Under the pieces are notes generated by a model. That model did no database searches. It saw only the letters and a list, made by a program, of their open reading frames with translations, and was not told the DNA's origin. A stretch of DNA of 32,000 bases from contig NC_004459.3 of assembly GCF_000039765.1 (NCBI RefSeq), positions 870,001 through 902,000 of the forward strand, read 5' to 3'. This document shows, piece by piece, positions 19,362 through 29,090 of the stretch (position 1 is its first letter; each line of letters begins with the position of its first letter). Origin of the DNA: Vibrio vulnificus CMCP6. Lineage in GTDB: Bacteria > Pseudomonadota > Gammaproteobacteria > Enterobacterales > Vibrionaceae. The position numbers and the translations under genes are program-made.

Positions 19362-20990
19362 ATGACCGTTATGGAACATACAAAGGCTGCATCAATTGAT
19401 CTAACCAAGCATGGTCTTCGCAACGTAAAAGAGGTTGTGCGCAACCCAAGTTACGAAATGCTGTTTGCAGAAGAGACTCGAGCTGATCTCGAAGGCTACG
19501 AAAAAGGCGTAGTGACAGAGCTCGGCGCGGTGGCTGTAGACACAGGCATCTTCACTGGCCGCTCACCAAAAGACAAATACATTGTGAAAGATGCGACAAC
19601 CGAAGAACATATGTGGTGGACAACACCAGCCGTCCCGAACGATAACAAGCCAATCACACAAGAAGTGTGGAATGACCTAAAACAACTGGTCACTAACCAG
19701 CTTTCTGGCAAGCGCGTTTTTGTCATTGATGGTTATTGTGGTGCCAACCCTGATACCCGTCTTAGCATTCGAGTCATCACCGAAGTGGCGTGGCAAGCGC
19801 ATTTCGTTAAGAACATGTTCATCCGCCCAACCGAAGAAGAATTGGCCAGCTTTGAGCCTGATTTCGTGGTGATGAACGGTGCAAAATGCACCAACCAAAA
19901 GTGGAAAGAGCACGGTCTGAACTCTGAAAACTTCACGGTGTTTAACCTAACTGAGCGCATGCAGTTGATCGGCGGTACTTGGTACGGCGGTGAGATGAAG
20001 AAAGGCATGTTCGCGATGATGAACTACTTCCTGCCTCTTAAAGGCATTGCGTCGATGCACTGTTCTGCCAACATGGGCAAAGAAGGTGATGTGGCGATCT
20101 TCTTCGGTCTATCTGGTACGGGTAAAACAACGCTGTCGACCGATCCAAAACGCGCGCTGATTGGCGATGACGAGCACGGCTGGGATGACGACGGTGTGTT
20201 TAACTTCGAAGGTGGTTGTTACGCGAAAACCATCAAGCTGTCGAAAGAAGCTGAGCCTGATATTTACAATGCCATCCGCCGCGATGCACTGCTTGAAAAC
20301 GTAACTGTTCGCAATGACGGCTCGATCAACTTTGATGATGGTTCGAAAACCGAGAACACTCGCGTTTCTTACCCAATCCATCACATTGAAAACATCGTTA
20401 AGCCAGTATCAAAAGGCGGTCATGCCAACAAAGTGATCTTCCTTTCTGCCGATGCGTTTGGCGTGTTACCTCCGGTGTCTAAACTGACCCCAGAACAAAC
20501 TAAGTATCACTTCCTATCTGGCTTTACTGCGAAGTTGGCTGGTACTGAGCGTGGTATTACTGAACCAACACCAACTTTCTCTGCGTGTTTTGGTGCCGCG
20601 TTCCTGACGCTTCACCCAACCAAGTACGCTGAAGTACTGGTAAAACGTATGGAAGAAGCAGGGGCAGAAGCCTACCTCGTCAATACCGGTTGGAACGGTA
20701 GCGGCAAGCGTATCTCAATCCAAGATACGCGCGGTATTATCGATGCGATCCTTGATGGTTCTATTGAAGAAGCGCCAACCAAACACGTGCCTATCTTCAA
20801 TCTAGAAGTACCAACATCACTTCCTGGTGTGGATCCAACCATCCTTGATCCACGTGACACTTACGTTGACCCGCTACAGTGGGAAAGCAAAGCGCAAGAT
20901 CTTGCTCAACGCTTTATCAACAACTTCGCTAAGTACACCGACAACGCGGAAGGTCAATCACTTGTGGCTGCAGGCCCACAACTCGATTAG
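19362..20990 (+). CDS. pckA: Phosphoenolpyruvate carboxykinase (ATP)
   Basis: 542 aa. Kinase-1a motif [13 protein letters not shown] and IGDDEHGW. Strong SD (taaggagcacctATG). Confidence 0.95.
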   Translation: MTVMEHTKAASIDLTKHGLRNVKEVVRNPSYEMLFAEETRADLEGYEKGVVTELGAVAVDTGIFTGRSPKDKYIVKDATTEEHMWWTTPAVPNDNKPITQEVWNDLKQLVTNQLSGKRVFVIDGYCGANPDTRLSIRVITEVAWQAHFVKNMFIRPTEEELASFEPDFVVMNGAKCTNQKWKEHGLNSENFTVFNLTERMQLIGGTWYGGEMKKGMFAMMNYFLPLKGIASMHCSANMGKEGDVAIFFGLSGTGKTTLSTDPKRALIGDDEHGWDDDGVFNFEGGCYAKTIKLSKEAEPDIYNAIRRDALLENVTVRNDGSINFDDGSKTENTRVSYPIHHIENIVKPVSKGGHANKVIFLSADAFGVLPPVSKLTPEQTKYHFLSGFTAKLAGTERGITEPTPTFSACFGAAFLTLHPTKYAEVLVKRMEEAGAEAYLVNTGWNGSGKRISIQDTRGIIDAILDGSIEEAPTKHVPIFNLEVPTSLPGVDPTILDPRDTYVDPLQWESKAQDLAQRFINNFAKYTDNAEGQSLVAAGPQLD

Positions 20991-21015
20991 TGACCTAGCT
21001 ACGAAAAGCAAACTT

Positions 21016-21042
21016 AAGCCCCTCACCTGAGGGGCTTTTTTA
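21016..21042 (+). terminator. Rho-independent terminator after pckA
   Basis: gcccctca cc tgaggggc followed by tttttt. Confidence 0.85.
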
Positions 21043-21113
21043 TTGAATCGTTGCGAAAATTAAGCCAAGCTTATCTGCACTTATTTGCAAACGTTAGTGA
21101 TCAGTAGGCAGGG

Positions 21114-23054
21114 ATGAAAAAAGCACTAATCAGTGTCGCGCTTTTGTTGATTGTCATCGCTCTAATTCCAATCAGCATTCTAGTGAGCTTACAAACGCGC
21201 TATGCCAGCCAAGTGTTTAATCAGCTCAGTCAGTTCAGCGGGCTTGGCATGCAAGCTGAGTTGGTCCACTATCAGTATCCTGACCATTTTTCGTTTAAGA
21301 ATGTCTCTTTTGCGCATAATGAAGTGAGCTATGTTGAACAGTTGGAGATTTGGCTAAGCCCAGATCTGTATGCCAACGGACGCGTGCAAATTGCCAGTGT
21401 GTTACTGGATGGTTTGAGTCTACAAACCGGTCTTTCCCGCTCGCCAAAAACGTTTATTCCCAACACCGTACAGATTCACCAATTGGCCATTTCAAACCTC
21501 GATTACGCCGACAACCAGTTGAGTGCGCGCGGTATTAAGTTTCAGGTAAAGCAACCTCAATGGCAACGCAGCGATCAGTTCATTCCTTTCGGTGAGATTC
21601 AGTTCTCCGCACAGCAGCTTTACTGGCAGGGCGAAGCGTTTAACCAACCTTTGCTCGATATCGATTACAAACCTCAAGACAGCACCCTTTATGGTCTGTC
21701 TTTGTCTTGGCGTGGCGCGAAAGTCTCTGGCCAAGCGGAGCAATACCCGCAAGGTTGGTCATTGGTCAATGTCACCGTTGAAGGTCTCGATTTATCACAG
21801 CAGCAACTCACGTCCATTTTGGCTAAGCCATGGAAGAGGTTTGGCTCGCAGATTACCCACATCAACAGCTTGGACATCTTACGCAGTTCACTCGCGTTAG
21901 AAGATTACCGCTTGATCAACTTTGAACTGAGTAGTGAAAATTTGACCTTGCCTTTCTCACTTTGGCAGCAGCAACAGGGGCTCATTTCCTTCTCAGCAGA
22001 GAGCGTGCAAGATCAGCACAACGTGTGGGTTGAGCCGCGCATCAAATTCACCCTCGATCCCAACGCCATTAACGTAGAGGAAGCGTCTGCTCAGTGGCAA
22101 CAAGGGAACCTTCTCTTCTCTGGCACACTCAAGCCCGATGCGATAGCGCTGGATCAGCTCATGGTCAACAACGTGAAGTGGGCGGCAGAGCAACCTGGCG
22201 AAGGCGCATGGCTTTGGCAATGGCTTGAAAATACGTCACACGTGAGTGTAGAACGACTGAACATCGAGCGCAGTCAGTTTATCCAATTGATTCGCCAGCC
22301 TTACTGGCAGCTCTCTGGTCTCAATATCGATGGGGAAAAATTGCTGCTCAAACAAGAGCAACAACTCGGATTGTGGCAAGGCAAGCTGCGGGCCACGGCG
22401 GCCAACGCCAGTTATCAAGATATATTGAGCTCCCATCCGCTAGTGGAAATGCACAGCGACGATGGGCTTTGGCAACTTGACCGTCTCTTTGCACCGCTCA
22501 AACAGGGTTATATTGAGGCTTATGGCCAATTGCAACTCAACAGTTTAAGTAAACCGTGGCAAGCCACACTTAATGCAGATGGTTTACCCATGGGCTTATT
22601 GCTGTCACAGCTGCCATTGCCTTTTGATCTCAATGCCATCAGCAGTATTGATGTCAGTGCAACGGGGTTGGGTGGCGACTGGGCGATGTTTTCCCATTCA
22701 CTGACCGGTGGCGTTCATGCTCGCCTACACGAAGCCTACACGCCATTTGATGAAGGGAACATTCTTCCTCTGCAAGTCTCTGAAATCAGCTTGAGTATGG
22801 AGAGAGGCAAACTCACCCTCGCTCCCGTCAAACTGCAAGGCCCCGACATCGAGGGCACGATCGGTGGTGCGAGCGATCTTACTGCGCCGGAACAAGGTGG
22901 CATTCGCTACCAAGTAAAAATGGGCTGCCAACAATTGAGTGGCGATATGATGTCAGACGAACATCAACGCGTAAATCAATGCCCAGAGCAAAGCCAAGCG
23001 GCGCAAGAGACTCCACTGGCTCAAACAGAAGAGGCCGAAAACGCGGCCTCTTAA
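21114..23054 (+). CDS. Large membrane-anchored protein, probably AsmA family; function unknown
   Basis: 646 aa. It has one N-terminal TM anchor (ISVALLLIVIALIPISILVSL) and a long region rich in Gln, Leu and Trp, which I predict from composition to be beta-rich. The tail is acidic (QTEEAENAAS). The family assignment rests on overall architecture only. Confidence 0.6.
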   Translation: MKKALISVALLLIVIALIPISILVSLQTRYASQVFNQLSQFSGLGMQAELVHYQYPDHFSFKNVSFAHNEVSYVEQLEIWLSPDLYANGRVQIASVLLDGLSLQTGLSRSPKTFIPNTVQIHQLAISNLDYADNQLSARGIKFQVKQPQWQRSDQFIPFGEIQFSAQQLYWQGEAFNQPLLDIDYKPQDSTLYGLSLSWRGAKVSGQAEQYPQGWSLVNVTVEGLDLSQQQLTSILAKPWKRFGSQITHINSLDILRSSLALEDYRLINFELSSENLTLPFSLWQQQQGLISFSAESVQDQHNVWVEPRIKFTLDPNAINVEEASAQWQQGNLLFSGTLKPDAIALDQLMVNNVKWAAEQPGEGAWLWQWLENTSHVSVERLNIERSQFIQLIRQPYWQLSGLNIDGEKLLLKQEQQLGLWQGKLRATAANASYQDILSSHPLVEMHSDDGLWQLDRLFAPLKQGYIEAYGQLQLNSLSKPWQATLNADGLPMGLLLSQLPLPFDLNAISSIDVSATGLGGDWAMFSHSLTGGVHARLHEAYTPFDEGNILPLQVSEISLSMERGKLTLAPVKLQGPDIEGTIGGASDLTAPEQGGIRYQVKMGCQQLSGDMMSDEHQRVNQCPEQSQAAQETPLAQTEEAENAAS

Positions 23055-23069
23055 TGCAGTCAAATTCCA

Positions 23070-23996
23070 TTACGCCTGCTGCTGTTCCAATTGCTTTTTG
23101 TAGTTCGGCAGCAGCATGTAAGTACCGGTAAACTCCACCGCCGCGACATCACCACTGTAAATGGTCACCAAGATAACAATGCGCGCTTTACGGCCACTGG
23201 CAAGGCGATCTAAATCGCCACTGATCCCATCGAGCGAGGTGCTCGCAATCGGCGTTTTATCCACTGGATGACGATAGCGAATGTTGCTGTCTGCCAGCAC
23301 GATATCGCCTTTCAAACCACGCTCTTTGAGTAACAGCCACGCCATCCCCCACCCCGTTAGCGTCGCCAAGGTAAAGGCTGAACCCGCAAACAAGGTGTTG
23401 TGGGGGTTGAGATTGGGATTAAGCTGCGCGCAGCACTCAAATTGATAACCGGTGTATTGGTTAATTTTGATGCCCATTTTGTCGGCGATTGGAATTTGCT
23501 TTTCCCAACGGTCTTGCAGCTCGGTGCACCATTCTGGTTTGCGCAGCACATTCGCCATCGGGTCCAATGGCTTCACCATTTGTTGGTGACGAACAGGTCC
23601 GCGCTCGTCAGTCAGCTCACCGCGACGTTCAAAACCATTCTTTTGATAAAAGGAAATGGCATCTTCACGCGCGTTACACACTAAGCGTTTCGCCCCTTCT
23701 TGACGCGCTAGCGACTCTAACGCAACCAGCACTAACGAACCCATGCCTTTGCTGCGGCGATTGCCTTTGACCGCCATATAACGAATTTGACCTTCATTAT
23801 CCGGCGTGATGTAAAGACGGCCAATCGCAATCGGACGACCTCGGCCATCCACAATCATACGATGATGGCTCATCGGATCGTATTCATCGCGCTCAGAGCC
23901 TATCGGCATGCGCCAAGGTTCGCGCAGCATTTGCCAACGGAAGTGGAAATACTTGTTCAGTTGATTGTCCGTTTCTGGGGTGATCAGTTTAAACAT
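23070..23996 (-). CDS. yiiD: Bifunctional GNAT acetyltransferase / YiiD_C hotdog-fold thioesterase-like protein (YiiD/FabY family)
   Basis: N-terminal GNAT domain (IRYMAVKGNRRSKGMGSLVLVALE, NAREDAISFYQKNGFE) fused to a C-terminal hotdog-like domain (about 150 aa). It sits directly downstream of dtd and yihY, as E. coli yiiD (fabY) does. Confidence 0.8.
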   Translation of the reverse strand: MFKLITPETDNQLNKYFHFRWQMLREPWRMPIGSERDEYDPMSHHRMIVDGRGRPIAIGRLYITPDNEGQIRYMAVKGNRRSKGMGSLVLVALESLARQEGAKRLVCNAREDAISFYQKNGFERRGELTDERGPVRHQQMVKPLDPMANVLRKPEWCTELQDRWEKQIPIADKMGIKINQYTGYQFECCAQLNPNLNPHNTLFAGSAFTLATLTGWGMAWLLLKERGLKGDIVLADSNIRYRHPVDKTPIASTSLDGISGDLDRLASGRKARIVILVTIYSGDVAAVEFTGTYMLLPNYKKQLEQQQA

Positions 23997-24038
23997 AAAA
24001 TTCCTTTTCCATGCATTATTCGCCCGTTTTTGGGGTCA

Positions 24039-24473
24039 CTATACCTGTAACCAAAACGTCACTGGGCCATCGTTAATTAACGAGACTTTCATATCCGCAG
24101 CAAATCGTCCACGCTCCGTTGGTAGCACTTGCTGACACAAATCGGAGAAATAGTCGTATAAACGCTCAGCATCAGCAGGATGTGCACCACGAGAAAAACC
24201 AGCACGCGTGCCTTTTTTGGTATCGGCAGGCAAAGTAAATTGCGAAACCACCAACACCTTACCGTCCACTTGCTGCACGTTGAGGTTCATTTTTCCTTCG
24301 CTGTCTTCAAACACGCGGTAGGTCGTGACTCTCTCCATCAAACGCTTGGCTTTGGCCTCATCGTCGTCTTTTTCTACGCCGAGTAACACCAAAAGTCCCT
24401 TGTCTATCTGACCAACCACTTCACCATCGACGCGTACAGCCGCTTCACTAACTCTCTGAATCAAAGCGATCAC
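24039..24473 (-). CDS. dtd: D-aminoacyl-tRNA deacylase
   Basis: MIALIQRV...SQFTL...[11 protein letters not shown] are Dtd signatures. 144 aa. GTG start (SD aaagga) overlaps the yihY 3' end by 26 nt. Confidence 0.92.
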   Translation of the reverse strand: MIALIQRVSEAAVRVDGEVVGQIDKGLLVLLGVEKDDDEAKAKRLMERVTTYRVFEDSEGKMNLNVQQVDGKVLVVSQFTLPADTKKGTRAGFSRGAHPADAERLYDYFSDLCQQVLPTERGRFAADMKVSLINDGPVTFWLQV

Positions 24474-25401
24474 GTTGAGTATCCTTTTCTAATTCTGTGT
24501 CATTGTTTGGCAACGATTGTATCACGTCCTCAGCTGGCCTCCAGTGCTCCCGTTCACCGAGTGCAGCGGTGACTTCAGCACCGATTAAAACAATCAACCA
24601 ACAGAGATACACCCAAACAAAAAGAATCGGAATGGCGGCTAAAGCGCCGTAAATCAGTTGATACGACGGAAACTGTGTAATGTACGCAGCAAAACCTTTT
24701 TTACTAAGCTCAAATAACACCGCCGCAATCATGGCACCAACGACAGCATGAGAAAACTGCACCTTCTTATTCGGCACCAACAAATAAAGACCAACGAAGG
24801 CCGAAGAAGAGAGGATAAATGGCAGCCAACGCAGCAACTGATCGTAAACGGTCGAGATCGCTTCACTATCAAGTAAACGCAGTGAGGTGATGTAAGAGGT
24901 GGCCGCAATACTGGCTCCGACCAAAATCGGCCCAAGCGTCAACACCATCCAATACATCGAAAACGAGAACACCGCACGACGCTTCTTCTTCACTCTCCAA
25001 ATATAGTTGAGATTCTTGTCGATGTTGGAAATCAGCATCAACGCCGCCACAAACAGAAACGCCGCCCCCACCGCCGTCATTTTGCCCGTGTTCGCGATAA
25101 ACTCTTGCAATGCCGCATGAACAGCGTCTCCCGATGCGGGTACAAAGTTATTGATAATGAAACTTTGCAATACGCTACCAACGTTCTCAAAAACGGAAAA
25201 CTTCGACAAAATGGATAAGAGAACGGTGAGCATAGGAACAATCGAAAGTAGCGTGATATACGCCAAGTAACCGGCATTCACATTAATCCGGTCATGATTC
25301 ATGCGCGCTATCAAATAACGAACAAATGCAATGCCCGCTTGCGCCCTTTGCGGCAATCTCAACTTGTCACTGCCAAACAACTGGTTCATAGTCCTAACCA
25401 T
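24448..25401 (-). CDS. yihY: YihY/BrkB family inner-membrane protein (formerly 'ribonuclease BN')
   Basis: Contains the [20 protein letters not shown] motif and roughly six hydrophobic segments, with a hydrophilic C-terminal tail. The start is ATG 25401 or ATG 25389; neither has a good SD. Confidence 0.85.
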   Translation of the reverse strand: MVRTMNQLFGSDKLRLPQRAQAGIAFVRYLIARMNHDRINVNAGYLAYITLLSIVPMLTVLLSILSKFSVFENVGSVLQSFIINNFVPASGDAVHAALQEFIANTGKMTAVGAAFLFVAALMLISNIDKNLNYIWRVKKKRRAVFSFSMYWMVLTLGPILVGASIAATSYITSLRLLDSEAISTVYDQLLRWLPFILSSSAFVGLYLLVPNKKVQFSHAVVGAMIAAVLFELSKKGFAAYITQFPSYQLIYGALAAIPILFVWVYLCWLIVLIGAEVTAALGEREHWRPAEDVIQSLPNNDTELEKDTQRDRFDSES

Positions 25402-25433
25402 ACGTAACTTAAATAGATCATTGAGAAATAAGC

Positions 25434-26075
25434 ATGCCTTATTTAATCACCATACTACTAACGATTTTTGCCCTGACTGGTTGTCAGTCCGCATACTACT
25501 CTGCAATGGAAAAAGTGGGTTACCACAAACGTGAGATCATGGTCGACCGAGTCGAAGACGCCAAAGAATCTCAGCAAGAGGCCCAACAAGAGTTTACCAG
25601 CGCCTTGCAGGCTTTATCCAGCCTAACCCAATTTAATGGCGGTGAATTGGAAGAGGTGTATAACCAAATCAACGACCAGTACCAAGAGAGTGAAAAAGCG
25701 GCGCAGGAAGTGCGCGATCGCATTGCAGCGATTGAAGATGTCTCGGATGCTTTGTTCGATGAATGGCAACAAGAGCTCGCACTTTACACCAATGCCAAGC
25801 TGCGCCGCTCTAGCGAACAAAAGCTCAAGGAGACCAAAGCCTCTTATCAACAGATGCTCAAAGCGATGAAACGAGCGGAGCAAAAAATGACGCCAGTGCT
25901 CAACACGCTGCGCGACAATACCTTGTATTTGAAACACAACCTCAACGCCAGCGCCGTTGGTTCGTTGCAAGGCGAGTTCATGAGCTTGGAAAAAGAGATC
26001 GCCAATGCCATCTCGCAAATGAACGCTGCAATAGCCGAATCCGACAAGTTCTTGCAAAAACTCAACCAGCAGTAA
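25434..26075 (+). CDS. DUF2959-family lipoprotein (predicted coiled-coil)
   Basis: Lipobox LTIFALTG/C at residues 9-17. The rest is rich in Gln, Glu, Lys and Leu and looks helical. The family call is from memory of similar Vibrio and Shewanella proteins. Confidence 0.7.
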   Translation: MPYLITILLTIFALTGCQSAYYSAMEKVGYHKREIMVDRVEDAKESQQEAQQEFTSALQALSSLTQFNGGELEEVYNQINDQYQESEKAAQEVRDRIAAIEDVSDALFDEWQQELALYTNAKLRRSSEQKLKETKASYQQMLKAMKRAEQKMTPVLNTLRDNTLYLKHNLNASAVGSLQGEFMSLEKEIANAISQMNAAIAESDKFLQKLNQQ

Positions 26076-26082
26076 GCTTCTC

Positions 26083-26112
26083 AAACCTCCTGCTTTCGGG
26101 AGGTTTTTTTGT
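26083..26112 (+). terminator. Rho-independent terminator after the DUF2959 gene
   Basis: aaacctcctg cttt cgggaggttt followed by ttttt. Confidence 0.85.
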
Positions 26113-26132
26113 TGCGCCTCGCTAGAGGCTGT

Positions 26133-26654
26133 TCACCTTACATACTGCAGAATAAACGCCACTCGCTCAGCCACACTTCCCCACGGCACTTCCACCACTT
26201 GATAGCCTAGCTCACGGTAGCATTCCACCAACATTTGATGAATCTGCAACGCTTCGGCAAACGTGTGTGGCCGCACTTCGTCTTGGACATAAATGGACGA
26301 CTCTGGTTTGCAGACGAACACTTTGGCGTAATAGCCTTGACTGGCCTGATGCAACGCGGTGGGCACCTCACAGCGCCCCATTTTGAGATAGCCAATGATA
26401 TCGGGAATGGCGCGGTCGAAAAACGCGACTGTGGCACCACTGGCTTGGCGCTTTTGCTCACTCATCAACGCCAAACACAACTCAGCGAACGCGGGAAGAT
26501 TGGTCCAGGGCAGAATGCCGTCAGCGCGTACACTTTGCTCCTCGATCAATGTGCGAGAGCCTTCCGCAAAAGTCATGTAACCCTGTGCCGACAGCGCATT
26601 AATTAACGTGGTTTTACCCGCTCCGGGGCCACCACTGATGATCACCAAATCCAT
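26133..26654 (-). CDS. Small P-loop NTPase (AAA_28 / NadR-kinase-like family), function unknown
   Basis: Walker A at the extreme N-terminus (MDLVIISGGPGAGKTTLINAL). 173 aa. Strong SD (aggagcaaaacATG). Confidence 0.75.
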   Translation of the reverse strand: MDLVIISGGPGAGKTTLINALSAQGYMTFAEGSRTLIEEQSVRADGILPWTNLPAFAELCLALMSEQKRQASGATVAFFDRAIPDIIGYLKMGRCEVPTALHQASQGYYAKVFVCKPESSIYVQDEVRPHTFAEALQIHQMLVECYRELGYQVVEVPWGSVAERVAFILQYVR

Positions 26655-26670
26655 GTTTTGCTCCTAAATA

Positions 26671-26705
26671 AACAAAAACCCTGAGTCGTTGCCAACTCAG
26701 GGTTT
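26671..26705 (-). terminator. Rho-independent terminator after typA
   Basis: On the minus strand: aaaccctgagt tggcaacg actcagggttt followed by tttgtttattt. Confidence 0.8.
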
Positions 26706-26730
26706 CTCATTTAATTAACCGAAAGCGTAA

Positions 26731-28560
26731 TTACTTCGCTTCGCGAGAAGCACGTTTACGATCGCTTTCCGTTAGGAACTTCTTACGAATACGGATGTTT
26801 TCCGGCGTTACTTCTACTAGCTCGTCGTCATCGATGAACTCTAGTGCTTGTTCTAGGGTCATCGTGATTGGCGGCGTTAGCACCTGTGCGTCATCCGTAC
26901 CAGAAGCACGAACGTTGGTTAGCTGCTTGCCTTTCAGTGCGTTTACAGTTAGGTCGTTATCACGGCTGTGAATACCAATAACCATACCTTCATACACTTC
27001 CACACCGTGACCGATGAAGAGACGACCACGCTCTTGCAGGTTAAATAGCGCGTTAGTTAGCGCTTTACCCGCTGCGTTCGCAATCAATACACCGTTGATA
27101 CGTTGACCGATGTTACCGCCTTTGTGTGGGCCGTAGTGATCAAACGTATGGTAAAGAAGACCTGAACCCGAAGTCAGTGTCATGAACTCTGTTTGGAAAC
27201 CGATCAGACCACGAGATGGCATCATAAAGTCCAAACGAACACGGCCTTTACCATCTGGAGACATGTCTTTCAGTTCGCCTTTACGCATACCGATCTTCTC
27301 CATAATGCCACCTTGGTGTTCTTCTTGAACGTCGATGGTTACGGTTTCGAACGGTTCCATTAGCTGGCCGTTTTCTTCTTTCAGGATTACTTCTGGACGC
27401 GATACTGCAAGCTCAAAGCCTTCACGACGCATGTTCTCGATCAGGATAGATAGGTGAAGCTCACCACGGCCTGAAACACGGAATTTGTCTGGATCTTCTG
27501 TTTGCTCAACGCGCAGTGCTACGTTGTGAACCAGTTCCTTCTCAAGACGCTCAAGGATGTTACGTGAAGTCACGTATTTACCTTCAAGACCCGCAAACGG
27601 AGAGGTGTTTACTTGGAACGTCATGGTGACGGTTGGTTCATCAACAGACAATGCTGGCAACGCTTCTGGCTTGTTTACATCACAGATGGTGTCTGAGATT
27701 TTTAGCTCGCCAAGACCAGTGATTGCGATGATGTCGCCCGCAGTTGCTTGTTCAACTTCGTGACGCTCAAGGCCCATGTAACCCAGTACCGTGCCCACTT
27801 TACCGTTACGTGTTTTGCCATCAGCACCAACGATGGTTACTTGTTGGTTTGCTTTCACTTTACCACGAGTCACACGACCAACACCGATAACACCCACGTA
27901 TGAGCTGTAATCGAGCTGAGAGATTTGCATCTGTAGTGGACCATCAAGGTCAACATTTGGCGCATCAACTACATCAACGATCGTTTGGAATAGTGGTTCC
28001 ATGTCTTCGCCAGTTTCGCCTTCTTCTAGAGAAGCCCAACCGTTAAGTGCTGAAGCGTAAACCACTTTGAAATCGAGCTGTTCGTCAGTTGCACCTAGGT
28101 TGTCGAATAGGTCGAACACTTGGTCCATAACCCAATCAGGACGCGCACCTGGACGGTCGATCTTGTTGATTACAACGATTGGCTTAAGGCCGTGTGCGAA
28201 TGCTTTTTGCGTTACAAAACGCGTTTGTGGCATTGGGCCATCTACTGCGTCAACGATAAGCAGTACGCAGTCTACCATCGACATAATACGCTCAACTTCG
28301 CCACCGAAGTCCGCGTGTCCCGGGGTATCTACGATATTGATGCGGTAGTCATTCCAACGGATAGCGGTGTTTTTCGCCAAAATGGTAATGCCACGCTCTT
28401 TTTCGATGTCGTTCGAGTCCATGACTCGCTCTTCTACATCGCCGCGAGATTGTAAAGTGCCCGATTGCTGCAGCAATTTATCAACCAGTGTTGTTTTACC
28501 GTGGTCAACGTGCGCGATGATCGCGATATTTCTTAATTTATCAATCTGTGGAGTCGTCAT
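26731..28560 (-). CDS. typA: Translational GTPase TypA/BipA
   Basis: 609 aa. G1 [11 protein letters not shown]3 DTPGHADF and G4 NKID, with an EF-G-like domain layout. It is divergent from glnA, as in E. coli. Confidence 0.95.
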   Translation of the reverse strand: MTTPQIDKLRNIAIIAHVDHGKTTLVDKLLQQSGTLQSRGDVEERVMDSNDIEKERGITILAKNTAIRWNDYRINIVDTPGHADFGGEVERIMSMVDCVLLIVDAVDGPMPQTRFVTQKAFAHGLKPIVVINKIDRPGARPDWVMDQVFDLFDNLGATDEQLDFKVVYASALNGWASLEEGETGEDMEPLFQTIVDVVDAPNVDLDGPLQMQISQLDYSSYVGVIGVGRVTRGKVKANQQVTIVGADGKTRNGKVGTVLGYMGLERHEVEQATAGDIIAITGLGELKISDTICDVNKPEALPALSVDEPTVTMTFQVNTSPFAGLEGKYVTSRNILERLEKELVHNVALRVEQTEDPDKFRVSGRGELHLSILIENMRREGFELAVSRPEVILKEENGQLMEPFETVTIDVQEEHQGGIMEKIGMRKGELKDMSPDGKGRVRLDFMMPSRGLIGFQTEFMTLTSGSGLLYHTFDHYGPHKGGNIGQRINGVLIANAAGKALTNALFNLQERGRLFIGHGVEVYEGMVIGIHSRDNDLTVNALKGKQLTNVRASGTDDAQVLTPPITMTLEQALEFIDDDELVEVTPENIRIRKKFLTESDRKRASREAK

Positions 28561-28837
28561 GGATTCTGATTCACTTGTTTAGACAATATTACTCAAACCG
28601 CTCACTTTTTAAACAAAGCCCGGTTTGATTAAAAAAACGGCCATAATGTACCAGATTTTGATAAAAAACCCAGAAATATGTGATCTATTCGTGAGTATTT
28701 TTCTTTTATTGACGCTAATCGCCCCTCTTCAACCCCAACCATTTCTCGAGCCGCCTCACTCTATCAAGCTTTTATGCAAAGATGAGCACACGATCGTTGA
28801 CAAAAGCAACAAACAGGGGCGAAATGGATCGCGCTTA

Positions 28838-28950
28838 TGATTCACAATGGTGCAACGAACATTAATTCGCACCATTAAGGTGCACTCAAGGATCATTTTG
28901 GTGCACAAAGGAAGAGCGGATGCACACAAAACAAAGCAAGTGCATGATTA
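28838..28950 (+). promoter_or_regulatory. NtrC enhancer region upstream of glnA
   Basis: Two 17-mers fit TGCACCA-N3-TGGTGCA: tgattcacaatggtgca (28838-28854) and cgcaccattaaggtgca (28868-28884). Their centres are 30 bp apart. Additional GGTGCA/TGCAC half-sites lie at about 28899-28905, 28921-28925 and 28940-28944. Confidence 0.7.
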
Positions 28951-28966
28951 ATATGGACTTAAAAAA

Positions 28967-28984
28967 TTGGCACGCTTTTAGCTT
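28967..28984 (+). promoter_or_regulatory. Sigma-54 promoter (glnAp2-type)
   Basis: tTGGCACgctttTAGCTt has GG (28969-28970) and GC (28981-28982) at the canonical spacing. Compare the consensus TGGCAC-N5-TTGCA. The NtrC 17-mers centre at about -118 and -148 relative to the implied start site. Confidence 0.75.
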
Positions 28985-29090
28985 TGTAAGAATCAGCATC
29001 GATTAATAAGAATGAAATGAAATTAATCAATGCTGGATTCCAAACCGAATCTGACTATTACCGCTTTAATAACACTGGAGGTTATCCAAG

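Noticed and set aside
25623-26084. A 153-aa minus-strand ORF covering most of the DUF2959 gene.
   Set aside because: The sense gene is rich in Glu, Gln, Lys and Leu codons, whose reverse complements rarely give stop codons, so a long antisense ORF is expected by chance. The sense strand has the lipobox and the terminator.
28625-28840. A 71-aa ORF in the typA/glnA spacer.
   Set aside because: It has a TTG start without an SD, lies in AT-rich promoter DNA, and runs into the NtrC sites.
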